The notes under the pieces were generated by a model, which worked only from the letters and a program-made list of their open reading frames with translations, did not search any database and was not told where the DNA came from. From Euryarchaeota archaeon UBA256 (GTDB taxonomy: Archaea; Thermoplasmatota; Poseidoniia; Poseidoniales; Poseidoniaceae), in contig DACE01000033.1 in the NCBI GenBank assembly GCA_002494645.1, forward strand, positions 143,024 through 207,023: a stretch of 64,000 nt of DNA. Direction: 5' to 3'. Below, piece after piece: positions 37,916 through 46,961 of the stretch. Both the position numbers and the translations under genes were made by a program. Position 1 is the stretch's first letter; every line of letters starts with the position of its first letter.

Positions 37916-40765
37916 TTAGAGGCCGAGGTGTTCTTTTGCTGCAGCAAGTGCATCCACAAGGCCTTCGGGATGAGAACCACCGCCTTGTGCCAGCGTAGGT
38001 CGGCCTCCTCCACCACCTTTGATATGGGGTGAAATCAATCGTAAGAGGTCGACTGCATTGTATCGCTCACTTGCGAGTGACCCCTCCGTTACGGCCACCA
38101 TCAACTTCCCGCCACCATCCTTTGAACCAAGAATGGCCAGTGTAGGCGTGTTGAGGTCGAGCGTGAGTTCTTTCAACATCTTCGTCATTGCTTTCAAATC
38201 ACCATCAACTTCCATGACAACGACCCTGACACCATCGATTTCAGATGTATCATTGCCTCCACCGCTTGTTCGAAGGCGAACTATTTCAGCTTCAAGGTGC
38301 TCAATATGCTTTCGTTGTTCTTTCCATTCCGAGAAAAAGCGTTCTGCAGTTTTAGGCAAATCTGAAGCATGGATGCCAAAGATTTCACTGGTTGACCGAA
38401 CCAATTCATCTTGTTGCCGTGCATAGGTTAACGCTGCATCTCCAGCAACGATATGCAACCGTTCCACGCCATCCTGTACGGCAGTTGAACGGACCAAACG
38501 TATGGAACCGATTTGACCTGGTTCATCGTGATGTGTTCCTCCACATGCCTGCGTATCGTGGTCTGCGATTTTCAAAATCCGTATTGAATCACCCTTCGGG
38601 GCCCCGCCTTGATAGAGGTCGAACCCGTGAACAAGGTCAGCGTCCTTCCGGTTCAATTCCGATTTTTCTGTTGTGCGTACCTGTGCAAGAATTGAATTGG
38701 ACATCGATTCTATGTGATCCAAATCCTCACGAGTTAGGCGATGGTAATGTGTGATGTCAAGCCTGCCACTCTCAGTTGAGAGATGCGACCCTGCTTGGAA
38801 AATGTGAGGGCCAAGCAGACGACGCGCTGCACCGCCCACGATATGTACGGCAGTATGATGATCCATCAATTGTTTCCGTCGGCTCCAGTCAATTTCCCCT
38901 GTTACAGATTGACCGGTGGATAACGCTCCGTCCGTATAGTGCAGAATCACTCCATCGGATGATTGGGTGTCAATCACCCGCAGGGAGATTGAACCTTGGT
39001 TAAGTGCTCCGTGGTCTCCTTCTTGGCCTCCACCTTCCGGATAAAAGTTCGACTTGTCAAGGACGACGACGTGGGATGCCCCCTTTGGCCCCTCGCCTGA
39101 ATTCACTTCCTTGCATTCCAAAACTGAGGCCTCAAACATGGTTGAATACACATCATCGTAGTAAGAAGCCGTCGTCTTGGGATAGGCGGATACATCCAAT
39201 ACAATATTCGTCGTTTCGGTGGTTTTAGCGGCATCTTTTGCCAATTTAGCATGGCGTTCCGCCATTTCTGCGTTAAATCCAGTACGTAATACCACGCTTT
39301 TCCATCCCGCATCACGTGCGAGGTTCACGACGATATCTGGTGCAAGCCCATGTGAATCATTGAGCGTGAACAGAATCTCATCGGGAATCTCCTTAGCGTC
39401 CTTTTCAACGCCTTTGAACTGAGTGAGAATCACATTCTTACCTTTCCTTAGCATTTCTGCGTACCGTTCTTCCTCCAGTGCTAGAATTGTTAGAAGGCCT
39501 GCACGGTGTTGCTTGTTGAGGTGACCGTCCAAATTGACATCTAAATGATGTTCAGCAAGGTGTTGTAAGGTGACTCCCAACTCGAGTTCGTCTCGCATTC
39601 TCAGTACACGTCGTGCCAGCATACGAGCAAGATATCCTGCTTTCGCATTCGATGGGACAAGTCCGTCTCCAAGCATATTGCAGAGTGCGTGCAGATGGTC
39701 GGGAATGGCGTATATGTTGGCAAGAGGCGCGGTGATTCCTGAGAATTGTTCGGCAGTGATATCGATGCCACGTTGCTTGAGACGAGTGAGAAAAATCGAG
39801 GTGAGTTGCTCACCGTCTACGCCGGCTTCAATGTTCATGATGCCATTAAGGCGACTCATTTCCCCCAATAGTTGCTCTAAATCCAAGGACGGCCATTGAC
39901 TTGAAACCGTTTCAAAACCAGAGCGTTCTTTTAGCCAAGCGACGGTCTCTGGATAGATGGCCTCGTAGATCGTCGGTGTGCCAGCGGCAGCCCAACAAAA
40001 GCGTTCAAGACCGTATCCAGTATCAATAATCTGCAAAGCCATTTTCTGATAGCGGTCACCTTTGAGTTCGACATCGCCATCGGGATGCTCTTCCATATCC
40101 ATGAAGACCAGCGTGGCTAGTTCAAGGCCACCGACAATCACTTCCACTGCAGCTCCTGCGTTTCCTCCACCGCACCATGGATTTTCTACATAGGTAATTT
40201 CATTGGCGTCAATACCGAAGGTTTTGGTGAGCATGGTGTGGCATTGTTCAACGCATTCTTCCATCCAGTAGATGACTTTTCCATCTTCAGGTCGGTTGAA
40301 AACGTGATGAGCCATCATCTCAAAGGTCGTGAGGTGGCGCCCCGACCGACCTACTGCATCGACGTCCGTCAGTCGGATGCACGGTTGTGAAATGGTAAGC
40401 GGGTTGGCTGGTGGTTCAACCATGCCCGAAGTGACATGGGGTTGAAAGTCAGCGATTGAGGCAATGGTCAGGTGAATATCATCTCGCCACCGTGCAAGTA
40501 CTGGATAAGGGTCAATCCGTACGTGCCCTACACCCTCAAAGAAGTTGAGAAATGCCTCCCTCATCGCATCTTTGAGGGCTTTTCCACGCTGTTCAAATCC
40601 ATCAATAAGTGGTGCTCCGATAAAGGTGTATTCATCTTCCGAAGTGTCTCCACAGGTCTCACGTGTTTCGTCACACGTCCAAAACCAAAGTGCGGTGACA
40701 CTGCATTGTTTACGGACGAACCCGTTTGCATGAAAAACCGCCAAATCAATGGGTGGTAATGCCAT
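37916..40765 (-). CDS. alaS: Alanine--tRNA ligase (archaeal type)
   Basis: Archaeal N-terminus (FWTCDETRETCGD..EYTFIGAP). Editing-domain motifs HHTAVH and CGGTH. C-terminal DHHA1-like end. Length 949 aa. Confidence 0.95.
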   Translation of the reverse strand: MALPPIDLAVFHANGFVRKQCSVTALWFWTCDETRETCGDTSEDEYTFIGAPLIDGFEQRGKALKDAMREAFLNFFEGVGHVRIDPYPVLARWRDDIHLTIASIADFQPHVTSGMVEPPANPLTISQPCIRLTDVDAVGRSGRHLTTFEMMAHHVFNRPEDGKVIYWMEECVEQCHTMLTKTFGIDANEITYVENPWCGGGNAGAAVEVIVGGLELATLVFMDMEEHPDGDVELKGDRYQKMALQIIDTGYGLERFCWAAAGTPTIYEAIYPETVAWLKERSGFETVSSQWPSLDLEQLLGEMSRLNGIMNIEAGVDGEQLTSIFLTRLKQRGIDITAEQFSGITAPLANIYAIPDHLHALCNMLGDGLVPSNAKAGYLARMLARRVLRMRDELELGVTLQHLAEHHLDVNLDGHLNKQHRAGLLTILALEEERYAEMLRKGKNVILTQFKGVEKDAKEIPDEILFTLNDSHGLAPDIVVNLARDAGWKSVVLRTGFNAEMAERHAKLAKDAAKTTETTNIVLDVSAYPKTTASYYDDVYSTMFEASVLECKEVNSGEGPKGASHVVVLDKSNFYPEGGGQEGDHGALNQGSISLRVIDTQSSDGVILHYTDGALSTGQSVTGEIDWSRRKQLMDHHTAVHIVGGAARRLLGPHIFQAGSHLSTESGRLDITHYHRLTREDLDHIESMSNSILAQVRTTEKSELNRKDADLVHGFDLYQGGAPKGDSIRILKIADHDTQACGGTHHDEPGQIGSIRLVRSTAVQDGVERLHIVAGDAALTYARQQDELVRSTSEIFGIHASDLPKTAERFFSEWKEQRKHIEHLEAEIVRLRTSGGGNDTSEIDGVRVVVMEVDGDLKAMTKMLKELTLDLNTPTLAILGSKDGGGKLMVAVTEGSLASERYNAVDLLRLISPHIKGGGGGRPTLAQGGGSHPEGLVDALAAAKEHLGL

Positions 40766-40891
40766 GTAACTTCATCCCTCCAGTGTGGATGCTTCGTCCA
40801 CAACGAACCCCCCCTTCAAGCCTGTGCTGGCTCAACTCCTTCTTACCCCGATTGTGAAAAGCCTCAAAACCACCGCAACGCAGGAGCGGTC

Positions 40892-42367
40892 ATGCCTCCG
40901 ACTTGGCGAGAACATCTCGTTGATGAGGGGGACGGTACAATGCGAATCAAGGCCCACGGCATGATGAATGTTGATGCCCGGATGGTCACAGATGCAAAGC
41001 ATATGCAACAGCATGCGGACGACCGTGGACCAGAACAACTGGTCAATACGGCATCACTACCGGGAATTGTTGGCGAGGCTTGGGCCATGGCTGATTGGCA
41101 TTATGGGTACGGCTTTCCAATTGGAGGCGTTGTGGCTACTGATGTCGATGCTGGAGAATTAGGCGGCGCCATTTCCCCTGGTGGCGTTGGATTTGACATC
41201 AACTGCGGTGTACGGTTCCTTGCACTTGAGGCAACAAAAGATGACATTCCAAACCTTCGAAAATTAGCAGGTAGACTCGCAGGACGGGTTCCTGCTGGGG
41301 GTTCGGGCAAAGGCGGTGTTGATATTACACCTTCACATTTACAAGAAATTTTGCACCTCGGCGCAGAAGCCACCATCGACTTGGGGTACGGACAACATGA
41401 CGATCTCGCTTCCATTGAATCAAGAGGGCGGCTAGAAACCGAAGAGGCCTCCGTATCAAAACGCGCAATGGAGAGAGGTATGAAATCTCTTGGAACATTG
41501 GGCAGCGGCAATCATTTCCTTGAACTTCAAACTGTCTGCGACGTGGTGGATGAAGCTACGGCGAAACAATGGGGGTTGTTCGAAGATCAGGTTGTTGCGA
41601 TGATTCACTCCGGTAGTAGAGGACTGGGGCATCAGGTTTGTACTGACCATGTACGCCAACTTGAAGCGTCCTACACCAAAGACGGAAATCGCTGGGTGAA
41701 CGAGCAATGGGGCTATGAATTGCCAGACCGCCAACTTGCATCAGCTCCCATTCATTCCAGAGAGGGTATGGCCTACCTTGATGCAATGAATGCTGCTGCC
41801 AATTTTGCCTTTGCCAATAGAAGTGTTCTTGCAGAGCGACTGCGAACGGTTCTTCGCCTTGAGATGGGTGTTGACGGCGAAGCAAGAACACTCTATGATG
41901 TAGCTCACAACATTGCAAAAATTGAAAACCATCAAGTCCAAGATCGCCAGTGCAATTGCGTTGTTCACAGAAAGGGTGCTACCAGAGCCTTTGATGCTGG
42001 GCATCAGGACCTATCATCGAGATTTTCAGTCACTGGACAGCCAGTGATCGTTCCCGGTGACATGGGCAATGGTTCGTGGATTATGGCAGGACCAAACCAA
42101 GGACAAAACCAAGCTTTTGGTTCATCCTGTCATGGAGCAGGACGCGCTTTATCACGGTCACAAGCAAAGAAAACCATCGACGGAAATGCCCTCAAAAGAG
42201 AATTGGAAGCAAGTGGCATTCGTGTTCACGCATCGACTCCGAATGTCTTGTCTGAAGAGGCTCCCAGTGCCTACAAGGACGTTGATGATGTGATTCGACT
42301 GACGACCAAAGCAGGGCTTGCTCGTCCAGTAGCAAAAATGAATCCGCTTGCTGTGATTAAAGGTTGA
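40892..42367 (+). CDS. rtcB: RNA-splicing ligase RtcB
   Basis: PDAHYGYG-type MADWHYGYGFPIGG, DINCGVR, GSGNHFLE, HSGSRGLGHQV and CHGAGR. No intein. Confidence 0.95.
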   Translation: MPPTWREHLVDEGDGTMRIKAHGMMNVDARMVTDAKHMQQHADDRGPEQLVNTASLPGIVGEAWAMADWHYGYGFPIGGVVATDVDAGELGGAISPGGVGFDINCGVRFLALEATKDDIPNLRKLAGRLAGRVPAGGSGKGGVDITPSHLQEILHLGAEATIDLGYGQHDDLASIESRGRLETEEASVSKRAMERGMKSLGTLGSGNHFLELQTVCDVVDEATAKQWGLFEDQVVAMIHSGSRGLGHQVCTDHVRQLEASYTKDGNRWVNEQWGYELPDRQLASAPIHSREGMAYLDAMNAAANFAFANRSVLAERLRTVLRLEMGVDGEARTLYDVAHNIAKIENHQVQDRQCNCVVHRKGATRAFDAGHQDLSSRFSVTGQPVIVPGDMGNGSWIMAGPNQGQNQAFGSSCHGAGRALSRSQAKKTIDGNALKRELEASGIRVHASTPNVLSEEAPSAYKDVDDVIRLTTKAGLARPVAKMNPLAVIKG

Positions 42368-42559
42368 TCACATACAGACTTGGCTAAGTCCATGACCTGG
42401 AATTGTTGGTGCTGCACCAGAATGTACCCCATCGGGTTCTTCAACGATGACGCTCAACAAGGTGTTGACCAATTCTTTTAATTCGTCAACTTGATGTTGT
42501 AGGTCCTTGACTCTCTTTTTCATTTCTCCTGTTTCCTCTTGCTCTCGCTGCATGTGCAT
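42368..42559 (-). CDS. Possible small coiled-coil protein (63 aa)
   Basis: Only an ORF with a charged heptad-like segment (KKRVKDLQHQVDELKELVNTLL). No SD and no homology recognised. Confidence 0.25.
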   Translation of the reverse strand: MHMQREQEETGEMKKRVKDLQHQVDELKELVNTLLSVIVEEPDGVHSGAAPTIPGHGLSQVCM

Positions 42560-42672
42560 CCCATCTGAGAAGTTGCCTTCTCAAGGTGAAATCAGTCAAA
42601 TCACCTCTTATACATTGAGGTCTTTTATGAGAAAGGATGCGTTTTTTCAAAGTTGATTCAACATACGAAGAA

Positions 42673-42747
42673 TGGAGCCACCGGCGAGATTTGAACTCGC
42701 GACCTCCTCATTACCAATGAGGTGCTATACCCCTAAGCCACGGTGGC
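42673..42747 (-). tRNA. tRNA-Thr (anticodon GGU), CCA encoded
   Basis: The reverse complement folds as a cloverleaf. Acceptor GCCACCG/CGGTGGC, anticodon stem CCTCA/TGAGG with loop TTGGTAA, T arm GCGAG-TTCAAAT-CTCGC, discriminator T, then CCA. Confidence 0.9.
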
Positions 42748-42773
42748 AGTGAAACGACCGACCAACCAAATGG

Positions 42774-42781
42774 ATATAACC
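42774..42781 (-). promoter_or_regulatory. BRE/TATA-like box (cGGTTATAT) 27-34 nt upstream of tRNA-Thr 5' end
   Basis: Same motif and same spacing as upstream of tRNA-Ser. The spacing fits archaeal TATA-to-TSS distance. Confidence 0.45.
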
Positions 42782-42797
42782 GCTTCGCGAGAGTTAT

Positions 42798-44384
42798 TCA
42801 CGATTGAATTCTGAAAATCGACCAAGTAGGCGTCGTCCATGGCTGAGTGAACGTGAGCGGAGTATCCCCGCTATGAATCAGAGTCGAATTGAGTGGGACA
42901 TAGTTTGTATCGGGTGCGACCAATACATAGGAAATATTGTTGCCCCCGTCCAAAAGCATGGTGGCATCTGATGGGTTAGACCAGATGGCTGAAATATTCT
43001 CTTCACCAGAGAGATCGATGTGCGTTTTCAAACTGTACATGAGGTGAACGGCCAATGATGGTTCTGCAACAAAGAGAAAGGTCGAATTTTCTCCGAGGTA
43101 TTCATCCAATTCCCCACCGGCCTCCTCGGTCCACAACTGCTGCCCTACAAGACTTGTAAAGAGCGTGAAGGGGAGAATGAGAAGCAAGCCTAGAAGTAAA
43201 GCACGCTTATTCACCGCTCTGTCAACATCGATGGAAGGTTCAGCTTGTTCGTGAAGTAGGTGAAGAATGAAGATGAGGGGTAGGATGAGGAGTGTGAGAT
43301 AACGGCCATTATTGCCCAGAAGGAAAGCGGTTTCGAGAACAGAGGCATTCCATAAATTCGCTTCAAACACCCACAAAGAGGCGATGTAGAACAGCAAACT
43401 TACACAAAGAACCGCCACAAAAGTCGTAACCATTGTGATGCTATGGCCCACTGCCCCACGTGCTGACTTGAGGAGCGGTGCGCAAAATGGCCACAAACAG
43501 AAACCTACGAGAATGAAGATGCCGACACCATCAATTATTGCCAAAAGGAAAGCGAAGAGAAAGGTCACTGGTTGGTCTCGAAGAACACCCAACGTCCCGT
43601 TGAATTGAGTCAAACCGAACACCACCAAACATACGAGGGTTGTCCCAGCAGCCCATGTTGCCATCAACCAAGGGCGCTGAGTTGCAGGTGTCTGGTGCTT
43701 CAAACTCAATCTCCCATCCACAAAATCCCAGAGCCATCCAGCAACAAGAACACCGCAAAAGGCAAGGAGGCTGATGTCCATTGCAAAGCCTTTCCAAGCC
43801 AAAACCAAAACAACTGAAGTGGCCATCAATGTGTAGGTGAGGCGCCTCGTAGAAGGTTTCGAAGCGTCTGCAATCATCAACGGGAAAATGCTTAATCCAA
43901 AAAAGATACACAAAAACACCTCGTCGTAACCTCGCCCAGTGGCGAAGACAAGAGGAGGACTCCATGCCACCAATGCGCCCCATCTCGGGTCGTATGATTG
44001 GCCGAGACCTTCTCGCCTCCATCGTGGAACAATACCCGCCATTGTAACCAAGACCAAAAGACCTGTCAAAGCGCCTATTTTCACGGCAAATTCGCTTACA
44101 AACCAAGGTCCAATATATCCATCATAACCCCCCGATGATGTCGTTTCATAGGTTTGTTCAGCATCATATCGCGTTGGACCCCACGGGTAGTCTTGGCCTG
44201 TTTCACTTTCATCCAATGCAACATTAAGACGAACATGCGCATCGAGGCCAAGATCGCTGGTGGCAACTGCACATACCTGTAAGAGCAGACCCATAGCGAG
44301 CAGGAGATACCACCAACGCCGATGGTTGACTTGAGGGAAGTCCACGATTTGGCCACATGCTATTTGGATAACATTCTTTCCCAC
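42798..44384 (-). CDS. Polytopic membrane protein with C-terminal extracytoplasmic domain, possibly GT-C-fold glycosyltransferase
   Basis: About 11 TM helices, an acidic first loop (LGLDAHV..ALDESE) and a ~130-aa soluble C-terminal domain. This architecture resembles ArnT/PMT-type enzymes. No WWDYG motif, so it is not AglB. Confidence 0.55.
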   Translation of the reverse strand: MGKNVIQIACGQIVDFPQVNHRRWWYLLLAMGLLLQVCAVATSDLGLDAHVRLNVALDESETGQDYPWGPTRYDAEQTYETTSSGGYDGYIGPWFVSEFAVKIGALTGLLVLVTMAGIVPRWRREGLGQSYDPRWGALVAWSPPLVFATGRGYDEVFLCIFFGLSIFPLMIADASKPSTRRLTYTLMATSVVLVLAWKGFAMDISLLAFCGVLVAGWLWDFVDGRLSLKHQTPATQRPWLMATWAAGTTLVCLVVFGLTQFNGTLGVLRDQPVTFLFAFLLAIIDGVGIFILVGFCLWPFCAPLLKSARGAVGHSITMVTTFVAVLCVSLLFYIASLWVFEANLWNASVLETAFLLGNNGRYLTLLILPLIFILHLLHEQAEPSIDVDRAVNKRALLLGLLLILPFTLFTSLVGQQLWTEEAGGELDEYLGENSTFLFVAEPSLAVHLMYSLKTHIDLSGEENISAIWSNPSDATMLLDGGNNISYVLVAPDTNYVPLNSTLIHSGDTPLTFTQPWTTPTWSIFRIQS

Positions 44385-44418
44385 AATGACACACCCAAAC
44401 GGGCGAAGGGTGAGTGAA

Positions 44419-44504
44419 TGGCGCCGAGAGAGAGATTTGAACTCCCGAGGGACAGGCCCACGCGATTTCCAGTCGCGCGCACTACCAGGCTATGCGATCT
44501 CGGC
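44419..44504 (-). tRNA. tRNA-Ser (anticodon GGA), long variable arm, CCA encoded
   Basis: Acceptor GCCGAGA/TCTCGGC, anticodon stem CGCGA/TCGCG with loop CTGGAAA, variable arm GGGCCTGTCCC, T arm GGGAG-TTCAAAT-CTCTC, discriminator G, then CCA. Confidence 0.9.
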
Positions 44505-44530
44505 TCTTATCCTGCCGAACCCCCTCTTTC

Positions 44531-44538
44531 GTTTAACC
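44531..44538 (-). promoter_or_regulatory. BRE/TATA-like box (cGGTTAAAC) 27-34 nt upstream of tRNA-Ser 5' end
   Basis: It shares CGGTTA-A and identical spacing with the tRNA-Thr upstream box. Confidence 0.45.
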
Positions 44539-44609
44539 GTCACGCATGAAGTTGATTCGCCAAGCAACAGAAGCGAAAGGACTCAAAGGGGCAACACCCA
44601 CCGACAACC

Positions 44610-45740
44610 ATGGGGGAGGCGACGGTCGGTGGCGACCCTGAGAATCGCCAACACACCAACTTACCTTTTCGCATGGCTGAGATGGAGTTGACCATTGCCA
44701 TCCCTGAGCGCTACCCACTTGCGAATGAGGTCAATACGATTGTTAGAGAATGGTATTTCCAATTTAACTTATTGAGAAACGATTGGAACAAACAACACGT
44801 TTCAGCGATACTTTTCGGAATCATCGCTTTTGGCTTGGGATCAATTTCTACAGAACTGTGGGCAGGTGGCGATGCCAAGGTCGCTGGCCTCGATGGTATT
44901 ATGGCCGTTAGTGGATTCCAATTCTTCCAAATCCTTGTTTCAATCCTGCTTTGGACCTGGTTTATCTACCAAGCATGGACACTTTTTCCCGTCATGCGAG
45001 TTCATGCGATTTCTCTCCTTGTGATGTGGAACGGCTTGATGGTCTCGCAAATTTATTTCCAGCGGAACAATTCTACGTTCCCATTCGGCCTCAGTCTTTC
45101 GGAGATGATGGAGGGAACCCTGATCATCCTCGTGGTCTTTTTCTTCCTCTTTTTCTTCTGGAAAGCAGTGATTGAAACTCGTGACCTCCACGTTGAGGTG
45201 AACCATTTGCATGAAGACGTCCGAGTTATGGAAACTGAGATGGCTGAGCATTCCCTCAAGGGTTGGACTGCGATTTTTGGGTTTTGGATTGGATTGATCA
45301 TGATGACGACCTGGACAGGTGTTCGTCATATTTCATCATACGGAGATCAAAATCTTGGCTACCTCGTCATCCATTTGCTTACTGGGGTTGTATCAATCCC
45401 CTTGTTTTTCTTCATCCTTTGGTATCCCCAACGCATGTTAGGTGAACAGGCCCAAGTACGAACCCGTGCCGCACTTGATGCAGCCATTGAAATGGAAGGC
45501 GAGGGCGTGACCATCGAAGCCAAGGCGAAATGTCCCGATTGTTCAGAACCTTCGTTGTTGATGAGAGAAACTTCTGGGTCCTTGGTACACCCCTGTCAAC
45601 AGACTGGCTGTTCAACCATGGTTACAATAGGAACAGCCTGTGCCACATGCAATACAAAAATGTCAAGCCGTCTTGAATGCAAAGCATGTGGAGTCAATGC
45701 TCCAGCGCTTGACTATTTCCCAGACCAGGATGTGTGGTGA
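44610..45740 (+). CDS. Hypothetical membrane protein with C-terminal double zinc ribbon
   Basis: At least 6 TM helices, then CPDCSEP...HPCQQTGC...CATCNTKM...CKACG. The start could instead be the ATG at 44673. Confidence 0.55.
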   Translation: MGEATVGGDPENRQHTNLPFRMAEMELTIAIPERYPLANEVNTIVREWYFQFNLLRNDWNKQHVSAILFGIIAFGLGSISTELWAGGDAKVAGLDGIMAVSGFQFFQILVSILLWTWFIYQAWTLFPVMRVHAISLLVMWNGLMVSQIYFQRNNSTFPFGLSLSEMMEGTLIILVVFFFLFFFWKAVIETRDLHVEVNHLHEDVRVMETEMAEHSLKGWTAIFGFWIGLIMMTTWTGVRHISSYGDQNLGYLVIHLLTGVVSIPLFFFILWYPQRMLGEQAQVRTRAALDAAIEMEGEGVTIEAKAKCPDCSEPSLLMRETSGSLVHPCQQTGCSTMVTIGTACATCNTKMSSRLECKACGVNAPALDYFPDQDVW

Positions 45741-46957
45741 TGAATTTTAAAGCAAGGCGAGAAGATTTTCCCACGCTAAGAAACAACGATGCTCCGGCAT
45801 ACTTGGACAATGCATGCGTCACCCTGAAACCCCAATCCGTCATTGACAGTATTCAGCGATACTACAGTGAAATCCCTGGTTGCGGAGGCCGGTCAGTTCA
45901 TCGCTATGGAACTGCAGTGTCAAAAGGTGTGAATGATGCAAGAAAGGGATTGGCTGGATTCATCAATGCTGAATCAGCAAAAGAAATAGTGTTCACCCGA
46001 AATGCAACACACTCCATCAATCAAATCGCTCACGGAATGAGTTGGAAGAAGGGAGATATCGTCCTCACAACAGACCGAGAACACAATTCAAACTTGGTAC
46101 CTTGGCTCCAACTTGAACAGGAGCGTGGCATTGACCACAGGGTCGTAAAAAGTCATCAGAATAATACCTTTGACCTCGAAGCATTTGAGGAAGCATGCAA
46201 AACAGCGGGAGACAAGTTACGACTGGTTTCCATGAGTCATGTTGGCAACCTCGATGGCGTATCCATACCAATCCGCGAAATCACAAAAATAGCTCATGAC
46301 TTTGGTGCTCTTGTCGCCGTTGATGGTGCTCAATCCACTCCTCACATGAATGTCGATGTTCAAAAACTTGACATTGATTTCCTTTCGTTTTCAATACACA
46401 AAATGTGTGGCCCATCTGGTATGGGGGGATTATGGGGGCGTTACGAATTATTGGACGACCTAAGAACCATCCAATCCGGAGGACAAACCGTAGCGTCTTC
46501 AACCTACACAGAAGTGGTATGGGCCCAACCCCCTGCGCGATTCGAAGGTGGTTTGGGGAATTTTTCAGGAATGCTCGCAACAGGAGCTGCTATCGAATAT
46601 CTCACAAATCTTGACATGGACGCCGTTCATGAGCACGAAATCAAACTCAATAACATCATGACTCGAGGGATAAAAGATCTCGCAGGTTTAGAGATTATCG
46701 GACCAGAGGATGCGTCTCAACGAGGAGGTATTTGTTCAATCTTGATGAATGAACTTCCGACTCATGATGTCGCACTTCTCCTTGATGAAGCGGCCGGAGT
46801 CATGGTTCGTAGTGGCCAGCACTGTGTTCATTCTTGGTTTGCAGATAGAGGATTACCTCAAGGTTCACTCCGAGCGTCCGCATACTTTTACAATACCGAG
46901 GAAGACGTCAAACGCTTCGTAGAGACACTAACTGAAATTGTTCACACATTGGGATGA
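45740..46957 (+). CDS. Cysteine desulfurase (SufS/Csd-type class V aminotransferase)
   Basis: PLP-Lys motif SFSIHKMCGPSGMGGLWG and the catalytic Cys loop RSGQHCVHSW. The ATG overlaps the upstream stop (TGATG). Confidence 0.85.
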   Translation: MNFKARREDFPTLRNNDAPAYLDNACVTLKPQSVIDSIQRYYSEIPGCGGRSVHRYGTAVSKGVNDARKGLAGFINAESAKEIVFTRNATHSINQIAHGMSWKKGDIVLTTDREHNSNLVPWLQLEQERGIDHRVVKSHQNNTFDLEAFEEACKTAGDKLRLVSMSHVGNLDGVSIPIREITKIAHDFGALVAVDGAQSTPHMNVDVQKLDIDFLSFSIHKMCGPSGMGGLWGRYELLDDLRTIQSGGQTVASSTYTEVVWAQPPARFEGGLGNFSGMLATGAAIEYLTNLDMDAVHEHEIKLNNIMTRGIKDLAGLEIIGPEDASQRGGICSILMNELPTHDVALLLDEAAGVMVRSGQHCVHSWFADRGLPQGSLRASAYFYNTEEDVKRFVETLTEIVHTLG

Positions 46958-46961
46958 GAAA

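Noticed and set aside
42798-44384. Idea that the tRNA-flanked membrane-protein gene is an integrated mobile cassette
   Set aside because: It has no integrase, no duplicated tRNA 3' fragment (att-like direct repeat) and no obvious compositional break by eye. tRNA genes flanking a housekeeping gene is sufficient explanation.
44386-44718. ORFs 44386-44691 (+) and 44533-44718 (-)
   Set aside because: The first runs straight through tRNA-Ser. Both occupy the tRNA promoter and divergent spacer region, and neither shows a protein-like composition.
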